DNA of 57,880 bases, counting the filler, from Bipalium vagum (Eukaryota), in the NCBI GenBank assembly GCA_037834085.1. It is 3 parts of 3 records of this genome, joined end to end, with 100 filler letters (N's around TTAATTAATTAA, not from the genome) between each part and the next. Parts side by side here need not be neighbours in the genome. Positions count along the whole stretch, not along the records: positions 38,978 to 57,880 come from JBBMKC010016153.1; 2 more parts are not named here. One strand, written 5' to 3'. The notes beneath the pieces are model-generated. The model saw only the letters and a program-made list of their open reading frames with translations, had not been told where the DNA came from and did no database searches. Shown here piece by piece: positions 52,912 through 57,880 of this stretch. Within the stretch, counting starts at the first letter, position 1, and each line of letters starts with the position of its first letter. Position numbers and translations under genes: made by a program.

Positions 52912-54542
52912 TTAGGTCTACAAGTTAAAAAAGAGCCTATTTAGTAAATGAATCTAAAGTTAAAACCTAACCAAAATTTTTTCCTTAAATGAGTAAATTT
53001 TAAATAAAAGATAATTACTAATTAATATATATATATATATACTTTTTTTTAATATTTCAAAAAATACCAAAAATTCAAATGATATCAAAAAAAGGCATAA
53101 GACATTGTTTATTATTCATCTTCCAATTGAAGAAAACAGAATGTGAGGCTAGAGATATACAGTAGAAGGGAAATTAATCGGGACATTATAATTTTTGAAT
53201 CATCTTATTACACTTACAAATACAATCAACATTATTTAAAAACAACAAGCAGATAAATGTGAAATAATGTTTTCGATAATGTTAATAAGAAGTATGTTGA
53301 TATTTAACACTCATTAAAGCTTACATTCGACGGGGCATACTATCGATCACCTTTTTCAAAAATCACTAATTTCAAGATCTGTCCCCCAAACTTTGAGGAC
53401 AGAAGTTATTAATTCTTTGTTTTTGTAGGATTGAGATTACAGATCTTTTTCTTTAGAATGGATCACATATTCTCGATAAGATTTATGCCAGGCAATGATA
53501 CAGCTCAAGGTAAAAGAGGAATTTTATTTTTATTAAGACATTTCATTGTGATTTTTGCACTATGACAGGTTACTTATTTCTGCTTAAATAAGACATATTA
53601 AATTATAAAACATTCAGAACCGAAAATTTAATCTTTCTGATGCCTAACGCTCTGATCAATCGAAAAACTTTGCAAAGTAAGATCTTGAGAAATTGCTGGA
53701 TGAAGATCCATGTAGGGCTACAGCAGAACTCACTATGCAACATGGAATTACACAATAGGCATTATCCAGCCAACTCAAATGGCTAAGAAGAAGAAAAGGC
53801 TTGTATGTTAGTTTCTCATAGTCTTACTCCGGAGGACAAGGTAATGTGGTACCTCTCTTAACAAGATATAAGAAGAATGACTTTTTGCATAAAATCTTTA
53901 CTGGAGAAGAAAAAAGGATATGTTAGGATAATCCCAAACGAAAAACATCTTTTGTACCTCCAGATAAACTGTTTTCGGCTATTGTGAATGACAATATCCA
54001 AAAAGTCAAATTTTTTCTTTATATTTTGTGAGTCTACCCCAGAGTGATCTACTATGAGTAAACTGTGTGAAACAGTGCATTAGAAAGATACATAAGCAAA
54101 TTGAAAAATTGAAAGAAGATCTTGAAAAAATATATCATTTAATGGTCTTTTGAAAAGGTCTGTCTTATGTATGATCATGCTAACAACATAAGTCAAAGAC
54201 CACCAACCACCAGTCCTTCCTCATCGGGTTACTCACCTGACATGGACCCATCAGATTTTATTTATTCAGGTCTCTTCATCATCACCTGGCTGATTTACAG
54301 TTTAGAACCCTTGATGATTTTCAAAACTCAACTTCCAATTATATAAATTCAAAATCGTCATCTTTTTACAGGTCGGAAATTCGATAGCTACCTTAAAAGT
54401 AATTAAAATGGAACGAGAATGATGGACATTATTTAATAGAGTAATTTTTAGTTATATCTTGTATAAATATTTTTTTTTATTTTATCAATCTTTTTATTTG
54501 CGATAATATTAAAAATAGGCACATTTTAACTTGTAGACCTGA
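52912..54542 (+). mobile_element. Mariner with both TIRs and a nested Tc1 fragment
   Basis: TIRs TYAGGTCTACAAGTTAAAA..GCCTATTT, both flanked by TA. Frames contain ILTGEEK and YSPDMDPSD. Confidence 0.88.
53283..53500 (-). mobile_element. Tc1 transposase 3' fragment nested in the mariner
   Basis: PGINLIENM*SILKKK..LKVW..IDSMPRRM*AL..TSY*. Confidence 0.8.
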
Positions 54543-57149
54543 TACTAATAATTTTGTTCATAAATAATTAAATTTAATCATTTAATAATTACAAATATAT
54601 TTAAATTGTATTTTAGTTTGTTATCAGGGCCCCCAAAGTCAATAGATTTGTTTTTTGGTTAATAAAGTCAATTAAAAAATTGTAATATCAATAAAGTTAG
54701 GTAATAATGGTTCGTTAAATAATTATTTATTATTATCATTGATTTTTTCACAATAATATTTCAATTAGGAAAGAAAATTTTATAAAACATTATATTAAAT
54801 ATTAATCAATAAATTTGATACTTTAGTAATTAATATGCCGAATTATTGTTAAAGCCGCTAAATATAAAGCACAACATATTGTAAATATGTATCTGTAACA
54901 CCAAGTTTATATATATAGCAATAGCAACGTCACTTGCGATAAAAATATCTTTGTTAATAATCATCACAAAATCAAGAAATATTCTAACCATGTGAAACAT
55001 CAAAATTTAAACAAGATTGTCAAACAAAAATTGTATTATTATTATTATTTTGTAAAATTACAATATTATAAGGTTGCTATGGTTTGACTAGATTTGTTTG
55101 AATATTTTATGTTTGTGATAACATTAATAAAATCTTAAAAATATTACAATTAAGGATTAAAAACCGTTATATGTTAATAAAAACAATAGTTATTATTACT
55201 ATTAATTTTTTCATTTTAAAACAAGTAAACTAGTGCTGAGAATGTTTGAACATTTAAAATTATCATACATTTTAAAAAGTTTCAACTGAAATCATTTCTA
55301 TTTTTCTCTCCCGAAGAACTGGGATAAGAAACTTAGTTGAAGTGATATAGAAGTGATCTGAAGTTCCGCTCATGAGAATCACATATTTTTTGCAGTTAAA
55401 TACAAACAAAAATTTAAATACTCCTTCATAATAAAAATAAAAATTTCATATTTTTAACATTTTTATTTGAAATCGATTGGGCAGACCTGACTTGGCATTG
55501 CTTGTTTTAATAAACTCTTTCCAAATGTAAAAGTGACAGAAAACATCTTATTGGACTGTCTGATTTTGACGGATTTTTTAAATATTTTATTTATTTTAAC
55601 AAATTTATTGCCTATTAAATCTATAATAAATTGTATATAGATTTAATGACTATTATTTAATATTTCATTAGAAAATATTTTACAAAGTGATAAAAAACGA
55701 TTGAGATTATCTTAAAATAAAATTTTCACAAAAAATAAATGAAATGTATAAATCATGAATTTAAATTTACAAATATATTTTGAGTATTAAAGAAAATTAT
55801 TAAATATTATCGATTATTGATTGAATATTGAATATTTTTTCTGTTTCCCAATCAAAAATTAAAATAAAATAATTATTTTGATTTTCTGTATTTTAAATTA
55901 ACATCGATATTAATTAATTTCAAAAATCTTTTCTTAAAAATATCGCTGTTCAAAAATTCATATATTGTGATGGAAAAGAGAAAATATTGATTATTATTTT
56001 ATTGATTAATTCAGAGAAATTATTGTCAATTTATGTCAATTTCGTACTCAGAAAATTAATTCCTCACTGAGGAGATTTCAGAATCAGTACACTTTAATCT
56101 CGGTTGTTTATGGGAAAACTGCATTTCAGTTTTTATTTTTTAATAATTAAAACAATTTTTAATTTTCAACTCACAAACTAAATAGACTTCATTTCAAAGT
56201 GAATTTGAGTTGATTTATCAGTGATCTTTACCACTGATTTTTATATACTACCTCCAAACCATAAAACAGTTGATTATTTAATTTTATCAATTTTCATCAA
56301 ATGAGTTTGATGTTGTTTTAAATAGCTATTTTTATTTGATTTTTTAAATATCAACTCTATCTGGAAAAAATAAAATGCTTTTATTATTCAATTATGATAA
56401 ATTACTGGTTAAAATTGGAGAAGTTGAACCAAAATATGCTAAGGTCCGAAATTTATGTAATGCATTAAGTGTAAATAAAAATAGGTAATAAATAATGTTC
56501 AAAATTTAAATAAATTTGGGACAGTATAATTCCAACAAAAACTGGCTCAATATCCAGATTCAAAAGTTAATGATATCGGATTTTTTCATTCTTTAAATAA
56601 ACGATGCTAAAAAATTATATGCAACAACCTGGGTGAATTGTGGGCCGTGCCGCAAGCCGAATTATGGTCTACCAAAGAAGTACTTACTTCTCTCTTCAGC
56701 ACCAATTCTTGTACAATCAACCAGGCTATTATTTCCAGAGGGTTGGCTGTAAATATTAAACATGAATGACTTCTATTAATGTTATATTATAATCTATTAA
56801 TTATATTATATTATTAACTTTTCTTTCTTATTTACTATAAAATAACAAATCCACATTTTATGGTTTTGCGGTTCTATTTATCAATATAATATACCAGGTG
56901 ACCAAGAAAACTTGTGAGATATTTCGATATTGGGATGCTGATTAACTATGTTTAAATAACTGTCTTTTTATTTATATATAATTATATAAATTTATATATT
57001 TATATATTTTATATATTATAAATTTATATATTATATATATATATTTATTTATTATATAAAGAAAATAATTTTGTAATTAGATTTCATATTTCCTCTTTAT
57101 TAATTTTCTTTGAATTGATCAATTTCTGTAAAAGTTAATACCTTCCGTT

Positions 57150-57880
57150 CATATTCAGGATATTTATTTATAAAAATGTAATTAGACCATGAATTTTAAC
57201 GCGAGTTTAACCCTTCAGAGACATGTCTCAATGTAGGATATGTCTCAAAAATACATCTCAAAAATAGTTTGAACAATTTTTGAAGGGTTATGAGTCATTT
57301 GAAGATGCACCATGCTCTGGGAGACCATCATATATCAATAAAAAAGATTTTAAAAACATTATTGACGAAAATTCCAAAATTTGATGCCAAGAGTTAGCCA
57401 AAGTGTTTAATGAAAGTGACTAAACATGTCGCACAATTGGAAAATCATGGAAATTGGCCATATAGATCGCACATTCATTAACAAAGGAGAACAAGTTTCA
57501 CAGACTAAGATTATGCTTTTCTCATCTTTCACGACACGGTTTAAAACCATTTGTTGACTTCTTAACAACCTGTGATGAAAAAATAAATTTACTTCATCAA
57601 TAATGATCGAAGTCATTATTGGTTGTCACCAAAAGATCCGATGCCACATATCCGAAGAAGAATTAATCATATTTCGAAAATCAATTTTCGAGTATGATGA
57701 AAAAGCTCCAAAAATTTTTCCCTGGTGACTGAAGATGTGTGTGGTCTTGCATTATCATGATGGAAGACAATGCCTTTTCGATTGACCAATTCTGGGTGTT
57801 TGGTTGATAATTGTTCACAATAAACATTGGAATTAATAGTTTTGTTTCTTGGTAGAATTTCAAAATAAATTACTCCTTTA
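57150..57880. mobile_element. Mariner remnant with an internal inversion, running off the window
   Basis: The + strand reads FEDAPCSGRP..LTTCDEK up to ~57680, then the - strand reads GVIYFEILPRNKTINSNVY..VFHHDNARPH. Confidence 0.8.

Overview
Very AT-rich eukaryotic (probably invertebrate) DNA with 40-46 bp GT-AG introns and two artificial scaffold gaps; the organism cannot be named from the sequence. Two genes look intact and converge: a compact eIF4G-family protein (+ strand; 4E-binding-like motif, MIF4G and MA3) and a divergent BTB-BACK-Kelch protein (- strand). An ~11 kb multi-exon, multi-C-type-lectin-domain gene on the - strand (~1.3-12.4 kb) has in-phase splice junctions but also stops and frameshifts, and a second, more decayed lectin-like locus lies at ~43.5-50.2 kb. 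The rest is mostly decayed mobile elements: many mariner relics, Tc1, a DD37D/maT-like end, a DD37E element, Merlin, LINE and Penelope-like fragments and LTR-like pieces. The most notable signals are a Polinton/Maverick (adintovirus-like) relic at 13.3-15.8 kb that the ORF track misses, and a perfect 71-bp hairpin built from mariner transposase sequence at 27.7 kb. All family calls come from hand translation and recalled motifs, not database searches.
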